From the NCBI GenBank assembly GCA_035642535.1, contig DASQSE010000016.1, positions 17,329-81,328 of the forward strand: a DNA stretch of 64,000 bases, in the 5' to 3' direction. The DNA comes from Jatrophihabitans sp. GTDB lineage: Bacteria > Actinomycetota > Actinomycetes > Mycobacteriales > Jatrophihabitantaceae. Positions 9,579 through 18,289 of this stretch are shown here, in pieces; the first letter of the stretch is position 1, and each line of letters begins with the position of its first letter. The notes under the pieces are model-generated. The model did not search any database and was not told the DNA's origin. It saw only the letters and a list, made by a program, of their open reading frames with translations. The translations under genes and the position numbers were made by a program.

Positions 9579-10080
9579 GGGAGTCTCCTAGCTCGGTCTT
9601 GGATGGGTTCAGCGCAGCGCGCAGTTTGTCCAGCCCGCGCGCGGTCTGGCTCTTCACGCTGCCGGGGCTCGTGCCGATCGCGGCTGCGGTCTCCTCGACG
9701 CTGAGCCCCTCGACGTGGCGCAGCACGATGACCGCGCGCATACCGGGCGGCAGTTCCGCGAGCGCGGTGAGCACTGCATCGGGCACATCGGTCTTCGCAG
9801 GTTCGATGTCGTCAGGTAGTCGCTCGACCAGTCGCTCGCGGCGCGTGAACGGGCGGCGCTTCTCGTCGATCAGGTTGTTGACCAACGCGCGGCGGGCGTA
9901 CGCGTCCAGATCCGTCCGTCGGGCTCGTGGCCAGGCGAGATAGAGCCGCACCAGCGTGGTCTGCACAAGATCCTCGGCCAGATACGTGTCGCCGGCCGTC
10001 AGCAGCGTCGCCGACCGAAGCAGTGGCCCGCGACGGCGCCGCACGTACCTCTCGAACTCCTCTTCGCGTGAAGCGCCCAC
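9562..10080 (-). CDS. SigE-family ECF RNA polymerase sigma factor
   Basis: FERYV...LLRSATLLT.GD..LAEDLVQTTLVRLY (region 2); LAELPPGMRAVIVLRHVEGLSVEETAAAIGTSPGSVKSQTARGL (region 4). Confidence 0.92.
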   Translation of the reverse strand: MGASREEEFERYVRRRRGPLLRSATLLTAGDTYLAEDLVQTTLVRLYLAWPRARRTDLDAYARRALVNNLIDEKRRPFTRRERLVERLPDDIEPAKTDVPDAVLTALAELPPGMRAVIVLRHVEGLSVEETAAAIGTSPGSVKSQTARGLDKLRAALNPSKTELGDSRARAD

Positions 10081-10088
10081 ACACGACT

Positions 10089-10115
10089 AACGGATTCCGT
10101 AGCGCGCGAGGTTGC
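10089..10115 (-). promoter_or_regulatory. Candidate autoregulatory ECF promoter (leaderless)
   Basis: Minus strand GCAACC-N17-CGTT ending 8 nt before the GTG start of the sigma gene. Confidence 0.6.
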
Positions 10116-10253
10116 ACGTGTCCCTGTTCAGCGAAAGCAAACGACCCGGTCTGGCGCGTGATGTTGGGTACTTCGCCTCGTAGCCAAGCGCGCGGGCCTG
10201 CGCAGATACTGGCGAATGACGAGGGTTGCGCGTCTTGAAAGGCGGCGTTTGCA

Positions 10254-10457
10254 ATGGTGAATCCCGGAATCAGCCACCTGCAGCCGACGCCCGGTTACAA
10301 GGGCGACGAACCAGGACAGCACGACCGGCTCGTCAGCGGTGCGGGTCTGGTCGGACGGCTGTTCGACGGCTTCAAAACCTTGCTGACGGCGACGGTGCGC
10401 CAGTTTCGCCGCGCGCTTCCTGCGAACCACCGCGGCCGTACCGGTTCCGGCCGTTAG
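10254..10457 (+). CDS. Possible small hypothetical protein
   Basis: 67-aa ORF in an otherwise empty 390-nt gap; amphipathic-looking segment; no family recognised. Confidence 0.2.
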   Translation: MVNPGISHLQPTPGYKGDEPGQHDRLVSGAGLVGRLFDGFKTLLTATVRQFRRALPANHRGRTGSGR

Positions 10458-10504
10458 GCCGAATCAAGCCTTGACCGCTGCAACCGCGATCCGGCGGGTG
10501 CCGT

Positions 10505-12877
10505 TCAGAGTGCCGTGATGTCACACATCGACGCGCGCAGGGGTGCGGTTCGGCTGATCGGATCGCTCGGCTCGGCGCGCAGGACGAGGTTCAGATTGGC
10601 GCTGTCCGGTCCGTACGGCGGATAGCCGGGCAGCCCGAGGTCCGCGCAGGCCTGCCACCAGCCGTGCTGCCCGGACACGACGGTCGGGTGGAGATTGGCG
10701 TTGAGCTTGGTGCGCGCCCGCACGCTGCCGTGCGGTGTGGAGATCAGGACCCAGTCGCCGGCGCTGATGCCGCGGGCGTCGGCGGTGTCGGGGTGGATCT
10801 CGACCTGGGGGTCGGTTGCCGATGCGCGGACGCCGGAGATGTTGCGGTGCTGCGACTCGCAGAACCACAGCGACTTGGCGCAGGTCAGTACGAGCGGGAA
10901 CCGTTGCGCCAGATCCGGTCGCGACCGGGGACTTGTGCCCGGCTCGGTGAACGTGGGCAGCGGCGCGTAGCCGGCGGAGTGGAATGCCTCGGAGTACAGC
11001 TCCACCTTGCGAGTCGGCGTGCGGAACCCGCCCGCGTCGGCGTACTTGCGATGCCGAGTCGTGAGCGGGACGCGGACGCCCGCCGGGTCGGCGCGCAGTT
11101 GCTCGAGCGAGATGCCGCTGGGCGCAAGCTGATGTCGAAACGCTGCGTCGATGTCGCCGCCGAAGAACCGATCACCGAGACCGAGGCGGACGGCGAGGTC
11201 GAAGATGATCTGCAGGTCCGAGCGGGCCTCGCCGCGCGGCTCGACGAGCGGCGCGCGGAGTTGGACCAGCGACTGCGCGGCCTCGCTGATGGCGAAGCCG
11301 AGCCGCAATGCTTCGGCCTCGAACGGGCTCGTCACGGGCAGGACGATGTCGGCCAACTCCGCGGTCGGGCTCATGAAGAGGTCCGCGTGCACGAAGAAGT
11401 CGAGCTCCGCCAACGCACTGCGCCCGCGAGCACTGTCCGCGTGCGCCATCACCAGGTTGGCGCCGAAGTTCACGAGTGCGCGTGCCCGGCCGGCCAGCGC
11501 AGCGTCGTAGAAGTCCGGACCGGTGACGAACTCGAAGCGCGCCGGTCCGAGCGGGCGTTCCTCGATGCCGATCGCCTTCGCGCGCTGGTCCGGGGTCAGG
11601 AACTCGACGCCGTCGATGCGATTGGCAGGCACGGCGGGGAACAGCACATTGCCACCGGGCACGTCCAAGCAACCGAGCAGCGCGTACAGGACGCCGATGG
11701 CGCGCACCGTCTGGGTGGAGTTGCTGTGCTGCTCCAACCCGCTCCAGGTGTAGAAGGCGACCGGCCGGGATTGCCACAGCGTCTGCGCGGCGTCGACGAG
11801 CTGCGTTGCCGGCACCCCGGCGACGGCCTCGGCCGCCTCGGGTGGCAGCTCGGCGCAAGCGGTGGCGAGCAGTTCGAACACCGGCCGGCACGCGACCTCG
11901 CCGTCCTGCGACGGGATCCGGTACGTCCCGGTCAGCGCCAGCCGGTTCTCGTCGACGCCGTACCGACCCTCGGCCGGGTCGTAGGAGACGGGGCCGGCGG
12001 ATTGCTCGTCCCAGGCCACGTACTGCGCCGCATCCCCGTCCGGGAACACGTCGCACGCGCGGAGCAGGCCTCCGGTGTCGTCGCGGACTAGCAACGGCGC
12101 ATTCGTCCAACGGCGAACGAACTCCGCGTCGTACCAGCCGCGCGTGATCATCACATGCGTCATGGCCAGCGCCAGCGCCGCGTCGGTGCCCGGCCGTACC
12201 CGCAGCCAATGATCGGCCTTGCTCGCCAGCCCGGCACGGCGCGGATCGACGACGACCAGTCGCGCACCACGGCGCAGCGCCGCCGTCGTCGCCGTCGCGT
12301 GGGCAAGCCGGGCCACGGACGGGTTGTAACCCCAGTACAGGACGCAGCCGGCCTGTTCGAGATCGGGGAGGTACATGCCCGGCACCGGCTCGCCGTACGT
12401 GTAGGTGGACGCGAGAAACCGGCCCCAGGCGCACAACTCCATCGACGCGAGCATGTTCGGGCTGCCGAACGCCCGCCTGAGTCGCGTCAGCCAATCAACC
12501 GAGTCCGACATCGCAGAGGTCGACGGCGAAGCGCTGCCGAACACTACGCACTCCGGGCCGCTGTCCCGCGCCAGCTGCGTCAATCGAGCGGCAACCGTGT
12601 CCAGCGCCTCGTCCCAGCTGATCCGCTGCCAGCCCGGATCCGCAGCGCCTTTGGCATTCGTTCGCTTGACCGGAAACAGCAGACGATCCGCGTGTCCGAC
12701 GATCTCGGGTGCAGCCTTGCCCTTGATACACAGCGCCTGTCCGGTCGGATGCGTCCGATCCGGCGCCAACCGGAGCAACGTGCCATCGGCGACCGTCGCC
12801 GTCGCGCCGCACGTGGAGACGCACAACGGGCAGAACGTCGGAACCTGTCGCAGCTCACCAGCCGAGCCGTCAGCCAT
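10505..12877 (-). CDS. Molybdopterin (bis-PGD) oxidoreductase, DMSO-reductase superfamily, acetylene-hydratase-like architecture
   Basis: CPLCVSTC...CIKG [4Fe-4S] motif, VVVDPRR, VRPGTDAALALAM, SPTAELADIVLP, TPTRKVELYS, VEIHPDTA; no Tat signal. Confidence 0.88.
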   Translation of the reverse strand: MADGSAGELRQVPTFCPLCVSTCGATATVADGTLLRLAPDRTHPTGQALCIKGKAAPEIVGHADRLLFPVKRTNAKGAADPGWQRISWDEALDTVAARLTQLARDSGPECVVFGSASPSTSAMSDSVDWLTRLRRAFGSPNMLASMELCAWGRFLASTYTYGEPVPGMYLPDLEQAGCVLYWGYNPSVARLAHATATTAALRRGARLVVVDPRRAGLASKADHWLRVRPGTDAALALAMTHVMITRGWYDAEFVRRWTNAPLLVRDDTGGLLRACDVFPDGDAAQYVAWDEQSAGPVSYDPAEGRYGVDENRLALTGTYRIPSQDGEVACRPVFELLATACAELPPEAAEAVAGVPATQLVDAAQTLWQSRPVAFYTWSGLEQHSNSTQTVRAIGVLYALLGCLDVPGGNVLFPAVPANRIDGVEFLTPDQRAKAIGIEERPLGPARFEFVTGPDFYDAALAGRARALVNFGANLVMAHADSARGRSALAELDFFVHADLFMSPTAELADIVLPVTSPFEAEALRLGFAISEAAQSLVQLRAPLVEPRGEARSDLQIIFDLAVRLGLGDRFFGGDIDAAFRHQLAPSGISLEQLRADPAGVRVPLTTRHRKYADAGGFRTPTRKVELYSEAFHSAGYAPLPTFTEPGTSPRSRPDLAQRFPLVLTCAKSLWFCESQHRNISGVRASATDPQVEIHPDTADARGISAGDWVLISTPHGSVRARTKLNANLHPTVVSGQHGWWQACADLGLPGYPPYGPDSANLNLVLRAEPSDPISRTAPLRASMCDITAL

Positions 12878-12955
12878 GCCACACCCCCCGCGGACCCGAA
12901 ACGTCCGAGCCGATCCTGGCATCGGACGGCCCGGACCGGAACAAGCCCGGTCCCA

Positions 12956-13507
12956 TCATCTCTGCTGGACGTGCGCGCTTGCCTGCCGGAGGTCGATCCA
13001 GTAGCGCCGGACCGGCCCGAACCTGGTGCCCGCGATGGCTTCGAAGACGCCGCCGCAGCGCTCAATCGTCTGCCCAGACGCGACATTGTCCACGCGGCAC
13101 ACGGCCAGTATCCGGCGCATGCCCAGCGTCCGTGCCTCGTCGAGCATGCTGCCCATCGCCCAGGTGGCCAGCCCGCGGCGTCGCGCTGACGGCCGGATGC
13201 CGTAACCGATGTGTCCGGCCCAGCGTGTGTATTCGTCATCGCCGTCGCGCAGCGCGATCCCGCCGAGCACGCGATCGCCCTCGACGATCCACCGGTACGT
13301 ACAGCGGTGCTTGCCGACGTCGATCGTCATAGCTGGATCGGACTGGTCGGACAGGCGAGCCAGCCAGGCGGCGAACCCGGCCTCCGATGCCACCTCATCG
13401 GACGGGCCCAAGCCGAAACCGTCCTCGTGCGGGCCCGGGCCCCACTCCGAATGCGCAGCCAGCCAGGCGGCGTGCAGCCGAGCGGTCGGCGCGATCAACT
13501 CAGGCAT
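12956..13507 (-). CDS. GNAT family N-acetyltransferase
   Basis: GHIGYGIRPSARRRGLAT, NVASGQTIERCGG, RRYWI; TAGCGT 6 nt before the ATG suggests a leaderless mRNA. Confidence 0.88.
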   Translation of the reverse strand: MPELIAPTARLHAAWLAAHSEWGPGPHEDGFGLGPSDEVASEAGFAAWLARLSDQSDPAMTIDVGKHRCTYRWIVEGDRVLGGIALRDGDDEYTRWAGHIGYGIRPSARRRGLATWAMGSMLDEARTLGMRRILAVCRVDNVASGQTIERCGGVFEAIAGTRFGPVRRYWIDLRQASAHVQQR

Positions 13508-13521
13508 CCCACAACGCTAAC

Positions 13522-13547
13522 CCGATCCGGTCAGCGAGCCGGATCGG
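13522..13547. terminator. Stem-loop at the hydrolase stop codon
   Basis: CCGATCCGG / CCGGATCGG 9-bp stem with an 8-nt loop. Confidence 0.4.
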
Positions 13548-14414
13548 CGAGCCAGTCGTAGATGGCCGCGAGATCGGGTCCGCCGAGAACATGCCCCCCA
13601 CCGAGCTCGTAGCGGCATGCGCCGGAGACGGCCGACAGCAGGTACTCGTGATGCTCGCGCGATGCGAGCACGTCGGCCGAGCCGTACCAGATGCTGGTCG
13701 GCGTCGTGATCGTGGACAGCTCGAATCCCCATGGCCGCGTCAACGCGATGCAGTCGTCGACCCACCCGTCGACGCCGTGCCGGTAGGTCAACTCCATGCG
13801 TTCGAGAAAGCCGTCCTCCTCCTGCCGGGCCGCGAGCGCTCGGCGGTCACTCTCCGGTAACCCGTATTCGTCGGCGACCTGGATGCCGCCCGCCACGATG
13901 CTTGCTGGTGCGTCCGCCGCGAGACGCTCGACAATCGGGCGGTACGCGCCTTCCCCGCGCGCCGCGGCCCGGAACTCTTCGACGTTGCCCGGCGACATCC
14001 CGCCGTACCAGTCCAGGCCGGGCGCATCGTAGGGGCCAGGCCCACGACGCTCGCACACGCAGTGACGCGTTCCGGCAGTCCGGCGGCGAGTGCCAGCGCA
14101 TGCGGCGCGCCGCCCGAGCCGCCCCAGACCGCGAAGCGATCCCAGCGCAACGAATCCAGCACCGTGCGCACATCCGCAACGACGTCCACGACGCGCCGGC
14201 CCGGCCGGCGACTGCTCGCCGCATAACCGGGGCGATCGATCACCAGCAGCTCAACGTCCGCAGCCGCCGCGGCGCCGACGAGTTGCGGAGCGAGCCATCG
14301 GGTGCCCGGCGTGCCGTACTGGAACACCGCGCCCCGCGTCGCCCCGGGGTTGTACAAGCAATACCCGACGCGCCGCTCACCGATGAGCACGTGCTCATCC
14401 ACCCGATCGGACAC
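13531..14414 (-). pseudogene. Alpha/beta hydrolase interrupted by a 1-nt frameshift (pseudogene or sequencing error)
   Basis: The N-half (DRPGY, WGGSGGAPHALA) is in ORF 13788..14414 and the C-half (YDAPGLDWYGGM, DDCIALTRPWGF, GGGH) in ORF 13531..14058. One extra G in the G4 run at 14032-14035 joins them into a 294-aa protein. Confidence 0.85.
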
Positions 14415-14652
14415 GGTGCCAGTCTCGCAGCCCGGCGCACGTTTCCTGTCTGTTGGACGTCAGGAGTGAACGTGAGCGACGCGCTGATCAACTTGCCGAG
14501 TCGTCGACCCGCGACTGATCCGTCGGCTGCGCAACCGGCAGCGGGTCCCGAATCGCATCGTCAACACGTCAGACCACGCGGCCGGTGCGAGTCACACGGG
14601 TGTGCTACCCAGTTCGGAGCAACGTCCTGACCTGCGCTCGACGAGGAGAGTC

Positions 14653-15405
14653 ATGGCAACCTTCACTCGCTCCGACGATCTGCAGGGAGCCGAGTTCGTC
14701 CGCGCGAACCTGCGCGGCGCCCGGTTCATGAGATCTGACCTGTCCGGCGTCGTGATGCGCGGGGTCGATGCGCAGGGCGCCGACATCGATGCGCCGTGGC
14801 TGTTCGACCCCGGGGGCTCCTTACTCGTCAACGGCGTCGACGTCGTCCCGCTCGTCGAGGCCGAACTCAACCGCCGCTTTCCCGGCCGCGCCGACCGACG
14901 CGCCGGAGATCCGGCCGGCCTGCGCGCGGCCTGGGCCCTGCTCGAGCGCACCTGGGCGACCACGCTGGAGCGCGTCGCGGGGATGCCGGCCGGCACGGTC
15001 GACATCTCGGTCGGCGGCGAGTGGTCGTTCGCCCAGACTCTGCGACACCTGATCCTGGCAACGGACATGTGGCTGGGTCGGGCGATCCTCGGGATCGAAG
15101 CACCGTTCCACCCCATCGGCCTCGCGGACGCCGGCACGGCGGACGACGGGCTGGACATGTCGGTCTTCGCGACCGGCCTTCCGTCCTACGCCGACGTGAT
15201 CGAGGCCCGGCAGGGGCGGGTCACCATGGTGCGGGACTTCCTCGCCGCCGTCACGTCGGACGAACTGGCCGCGACGCGCCAGAACCCGCATGAACCTGAG
15301 CATCAGGAGACCGTCGTCTCGTGCCTGCACGTGATCCTCGAGGAGGAGTGGGAGCACCATCGCTACGCCGTGCGCGACCTCGACGCGATCGAGGCAGACA
15401 CATGA
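14653..15405 (+). CDS. DinB family protein with N-terminal pentapeptide repeats
   Basis: LQGAEFVRANLRGARF repeats; WSFAQTLRHL and EEEWEHHRYAVRDL (DinB His motifs); RBS GAGGAG. Confidence 0.85.
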   Translation: MATFTRSDDLQGAEFVRANLRGARFMRSDLSGVVMRGVDAQGADIDAPWLFDPGGSLLVNGVDVVPLVEAELNRRFPGRADRRAGDPAGLRAAWALLERTWATTLERVAGMPAGTVDISVGGEWSFAQTLRHLILATDMWLGRAILGIEAPFHPIGLADAGTADDGLDMSVFATGLPSYADVIEARQGRVTMVRDFLAAVTSDELAATRQNPHEPEHQETVVSCLHVILEEEWEHHRYAVRDLDAIEADT

Positions 15406-15419
15406 GGTGATCCTGAGGC

Positions 15420-15695
15420 TCAGCCGCCGTTGCAGGTGTTGGGGAACTCGTCGTCGGGCAGCCCGCCCGCGGCCAGCGTTTGCACCTCGTCGCCGACGCC
15501 GGGCCGGACAGAGGTCGGGTCGTGTGCCACCCCGTTGACGAACTGGCCGAAGGGGCCGGGCTGCTGCGCTGCGGCGCCGACTGACGATCCGACGCAGCCT
15601 TGCACGGCAGGCTGTGCGGCGTAGGCGGGCGCGGCTGCCGCGAGCGGCAGGAGAATCGCTGCGAGCAGGGCGGCGGCGTGGATTCTCTTCTTCAT
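15420..15695 (-). CDS. Small secreted protein with two cysteines
   Basis: MKKRIHAAALLAAILLPLAAAAPAYA signal peptide (AYA site); RBS AGGAG; about 65-aa mature part. Confidence 0.75.
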   Translation of the reverse strand: MKKRIHAAALLAAILLPLAAAAPAYAAQPAVQGCVGSSVGAAAQQPGPFGQFVNGVAHDPTSVRPGVGDEVQTLAAGGLPDDEFPNTCNGG

Positions 15696-15705
15696 CGTGG
15701 CTCCT

Positions 15706-15756
15706 GTTGTCTCGGGATGGACGTTGTCTCGGGATGGACGTTGTCTCGGGATGGAC
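15706..15756. repeat. Perfect tandem repeat, 3 x 17 bp (GTTGTCTCGGGATGGAC)
   Basis: Copies at 15706-15722, 15723-15739 and 15740-15756, read directly from the sequence. Confidence 0.97.
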
Positions 15757-15782
15757 GCGGTGGCGCGGCCGGGCGGTCTTGG

Positions 15783-16619
15783 CTACGGCTCGGCGCGCTG
15801 CCAGGTGATCTGCGGGAAGCGGGTATGCAGTGCGGCGGCGTCGGCGGTCATGTCGCCGGTGTCCATGACCAGGGCAGCGCCGGCTTGGCGCGAGAATGCG
15901 GGCGCGAACGGTGCTGCCACGGTGCCGAGGACATGTAGCGCGCCGCGCGGGATGTGCCGGATCTTGGTGGCGCCGAGCAGTTGCGCGAGCTGAACCATGG
16001 TGAGGTTGACCGGGCCGGGGACGTCGATCGTCCGGCCGTGCAGCCGCGGGTCGTGGATCGCGTGCTCGACGAGGGCCGCGACGTCGCGAACGGAGACGAA
16101 GTTGATCGGGTTGCTGCCGTGCCCGAAGACCAGGGCGGGGCCACCGTCGGCGAGTTTGGCGCCGATGATGCCGCTCCACGTCTCGAGGTATGCGGAGGGC
16201 CGCAGCACGGTGTAGGCGAGTCCGCCGGCGTACAGGTGTTGCTCGCCGGCGTGTTTCGCGCGATGCAACGACATCGGATGGTCCGGTCGGGCGTCAAGCA
16301 CGGACAGCAGGATGAAATGGCCGACCCCGGCGTCGGTCGCGGCGCGCACGAGGTTCGCCACGCCCCTGTTGTCGACCGCTTCCGGACCGCGGCCGCGGCC
16401 GCCGAGAAAGCCGTGCACCGCGGACACGACGATGGCGCACCCGTCCACAGCCGCGGCCAGCGTTCGCGGTTCGCACACGTCGCCGATCGACACTTGCGCG
16501 CCGAGTCCCTGCGCGTGGGCCGCGTCGCGGGTGAGCACCCGTACCTGCTCACCAGTCGCCGCCAGACGGGCGAGAAGTTCGCGCCCCAACGTGCCGGTGC
16601 CGCCGGCGACCAGGATCAC
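15783..16619 (-). CDS. NmrA-like / atypical SDR NAD(P)-binding protein
   Basis: ILVAGGTGTLG Rossmann motif, YTVLRPSAYLE, INFVSVRDVA; GTGA overlap with the upstream SnoaL gene. Confidence 0.88.
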   Translation of the reverse strand: MILVAGGTGTLGRELLARLAATGEQVRVLTRDAAHAQGLGAQVSIGDVCEPRTLAAAVDGCAIVVSAVHGFLGGRGRGPEAVDNRGVANLVRAATDAGVGHFILLSVLDARPDHPMSLHRAKHAGEQHLYAGGLAYTVLRPSAYLETWSGIIGAKLADGGPALVFGHGSNPINFVSVRDVAALVEHAIHDPRLHGRTIDVPGPVNLTMVQLAQLLGATKIRHIPRGALHVLGTVAAPFAPAFSRQAGAALVMDTGDMTADAAALHTRFPQITWQRAEP

Positions 16620-17026
16620 GGCGCGCCTGTCTGCCGATGCACGGCGGCGGTCACGTCGCCGGTCGCCGACTCGACAGGCTCGAGGTAGAAGCGCGCCGAG
16701 ACGATCTGCTCGTCCGCCACTCGGAAGATGATCACGCCGGCCATCGCGTGCGGCGTGCCGTCGGCGCGCGTGCCGGTCATCTCCCACTCCGTCCACGCCT
16801 GATCGTCCTCGACAGCCGACGCGATGACCTTCGCGGCGATGTCCGGCACGGCGCCGAAGATGGTGGTCCAGTTGCGCCGGACCTGATCCCGGCCGTGAAA
16901 TCCGCGCGGCGGATGAGCCGGCGTCTCGTTCACGTAATCGGATGCGAAGCAGCCCACCAAGGCGTCGATGTCGTGCGCGTTGGTCGCCGCAATGAGCTGG
17001 TCGATGACGCTGCGTGTTTCCACCAT
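16616..17026 (-). CDS. SnoaL-like / ester cyclase family protein
   Basis: NAHDIDALVGCFASDY...GRDQVRRNW...WTEWEMTG...RFYLEPV. Confidence 0.85.
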   Translation of the reverse strand: MVETRSVIDQLIAATNAHDIDALVGCFASDYVNETPAHPPRGFHGRDQVRRNWTTIFGAVPDIAAKVIASAVEDDQAWTEWEMTGTRADGTPHAMAGVIIFRVADEQIVSARFYLEPVESATGDVTAAVHRQTGAP

Positions 17027-17081
17027 CGCCGCACCCCCGTTCGGTACGATCCATATTCGATCCAGTACTATGGAACGGATT

Positions 17082-17768
17082 ATGGCTGACGTCAAGACCA
17101 CCCGGCACTACGACGTCAGCCGACGCCGTGAGCAAGCCGCTCGCACCCAGGACGCCGTGCTCACAGCGGCGCGCCGGCTGCTCCTCGAGGACGGCTACGC
17201 GGCCACCACGGTGGCGCGCATTGCCGCCGAGGCAGGCACTTCCGTGGACACGGTGTACAAGGGGTTCGGGGGCAAGTCCGGCATCGTGCGCGCGCTCTGG
17301 CAACGTGGCCTGGCCGGCCGCGGACCGGTGCCCGCCCCGGTGCGATCGGACGCGCTCAGCTCGACCGAAACAGATCCAGTTCGGGTGCTGCGCGGCTGGG
17401 GACAGTTCACTGCCGAACTCGGCCCCGAGGGTGCGCCGATCATGCTGCTCATCCGCGCAGCATCGGCCACCGACCCCGACATGGCCGCACTGCTGGCCGA
17501 GGCGGACGACCAACGCCGAACGCGCATGCGACACAACGCCCGACGACTCAAGCGCCGCGGCTGGCTCCGCCCCGGCATCACCCTCGCGCAGGCAACCGAC
17601 ATCCTCTGGACCTACAGCTCCGCCGAGCTCTACGAGCTGCTGGTCATCAAGTCCGGCTGGCCGGCCGATCGATACGGCCAGCTCGTCGCGGACGCGCTCA
17701 TCGCCGCGCTCCTGCCGGAGACCTACAGACCCACCGGCGGCGGGCGTGACCGTCGGGCCGTCGGCTGA
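17082..17768 (+). CDS. TetR/AcrR family transcriptional regulator
   Basis: AARRLLLEDGYAATTVARIAAEAGTSVDTVYKGFGGK HTH; divergent from the SnoaL-SDR pair (alternative start 17070). Confidence 0.9.
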   Translation: MADVKTTRHYDVSRRREQAARTQDAVLTAARRLLLEDGYAATTVARIAAEAGTSVDTVYKGFGGKSGIVRALWQRGLAGRGPVPAPVRSDALSSTETDPVRVLRGWGQFTAELGPEGAPIMLLIRAASATDPDMAALLAEADDQRRTRMRHNARRLKRRGWLRPGITLAQATDILWTYSSAELYELLVIKSGWPADRYGQLVADALIAALLPETYRPTGGGRDRRAVG

Positions 17769-17817
17769 GCGGCGCTACAAGATCAACAGCACGAACGCGG
17801 CTGCTGACCCAGCCGTG

Positions 17818-18117
17818 TCACCCGCCTGAGGCCTTCGCCTCGGCGACGATCTCGAAGACCGTCTCGTCCGGCTCGACGGTGAAGCCGCCTTCGATGCCCG
17901 CACTCATGCTCGGCAGGAGAATCTCGTTGCGGAACTTCTCCCAGCTCTCCTGCGAGTCGTGCACCGCCGCGATCGTCCAGCCATCCGCCGAAGGGCCGGC
18001 AACGTGGTAGAGCTGCCCTTCGGGCAGACGTCCGTCTGCTGGATGCACTGCCGCGATCGACGCGTCGTACTGTTCCTTGGCGCCACCGGCGAACTTGTGG
18101 ACGACGTCGTATGCCAT
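17818..18117 (-). CDS. Small dimeric alpha/beta-barrel (ABM-like) hypothetical protein
   Basis: EQYDASI...LPEGQLYHVAGP...WTIAAVHDSQESWEKF pattern. Confidence 0.7.
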   Translation of the reverse strand: MAYDVVHKFAGGAKEQYDASIAAVHPADGRLPEGQLYHVAGPSADGWTIAAVHDSQESWEKFRNEILLPSMSAGIEGGFTVEPDETVFEIVAEAKASGG

Positions 18118-18289
18118 GGCCGTACCCCCGTTTCTTATGCGGAAGGGACCGGGAATGGTCCACCCCGCGAACGCAACCGAACGGTACCCCGGATGCATGC
18201 CCGGTCAACATGCACGACCGGCGAGGTAATGCAGACGAACCGGGACGATCGTCGTTTGTGGCACCCGAACTTGCTACTGATCTCCGAGA

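Noticed and set aside
10480-10505. Third GCAACC-N16-CGTT motif
   Set aside because: The spacer is one base shorter and it points antisense into the oxidoreductase 3' end; probably chance.
15706-15756. The 17-bp repeat as a mini-CRISPR
   Set aside because: Copies are contiguous with no spacers and there are no cas genes.
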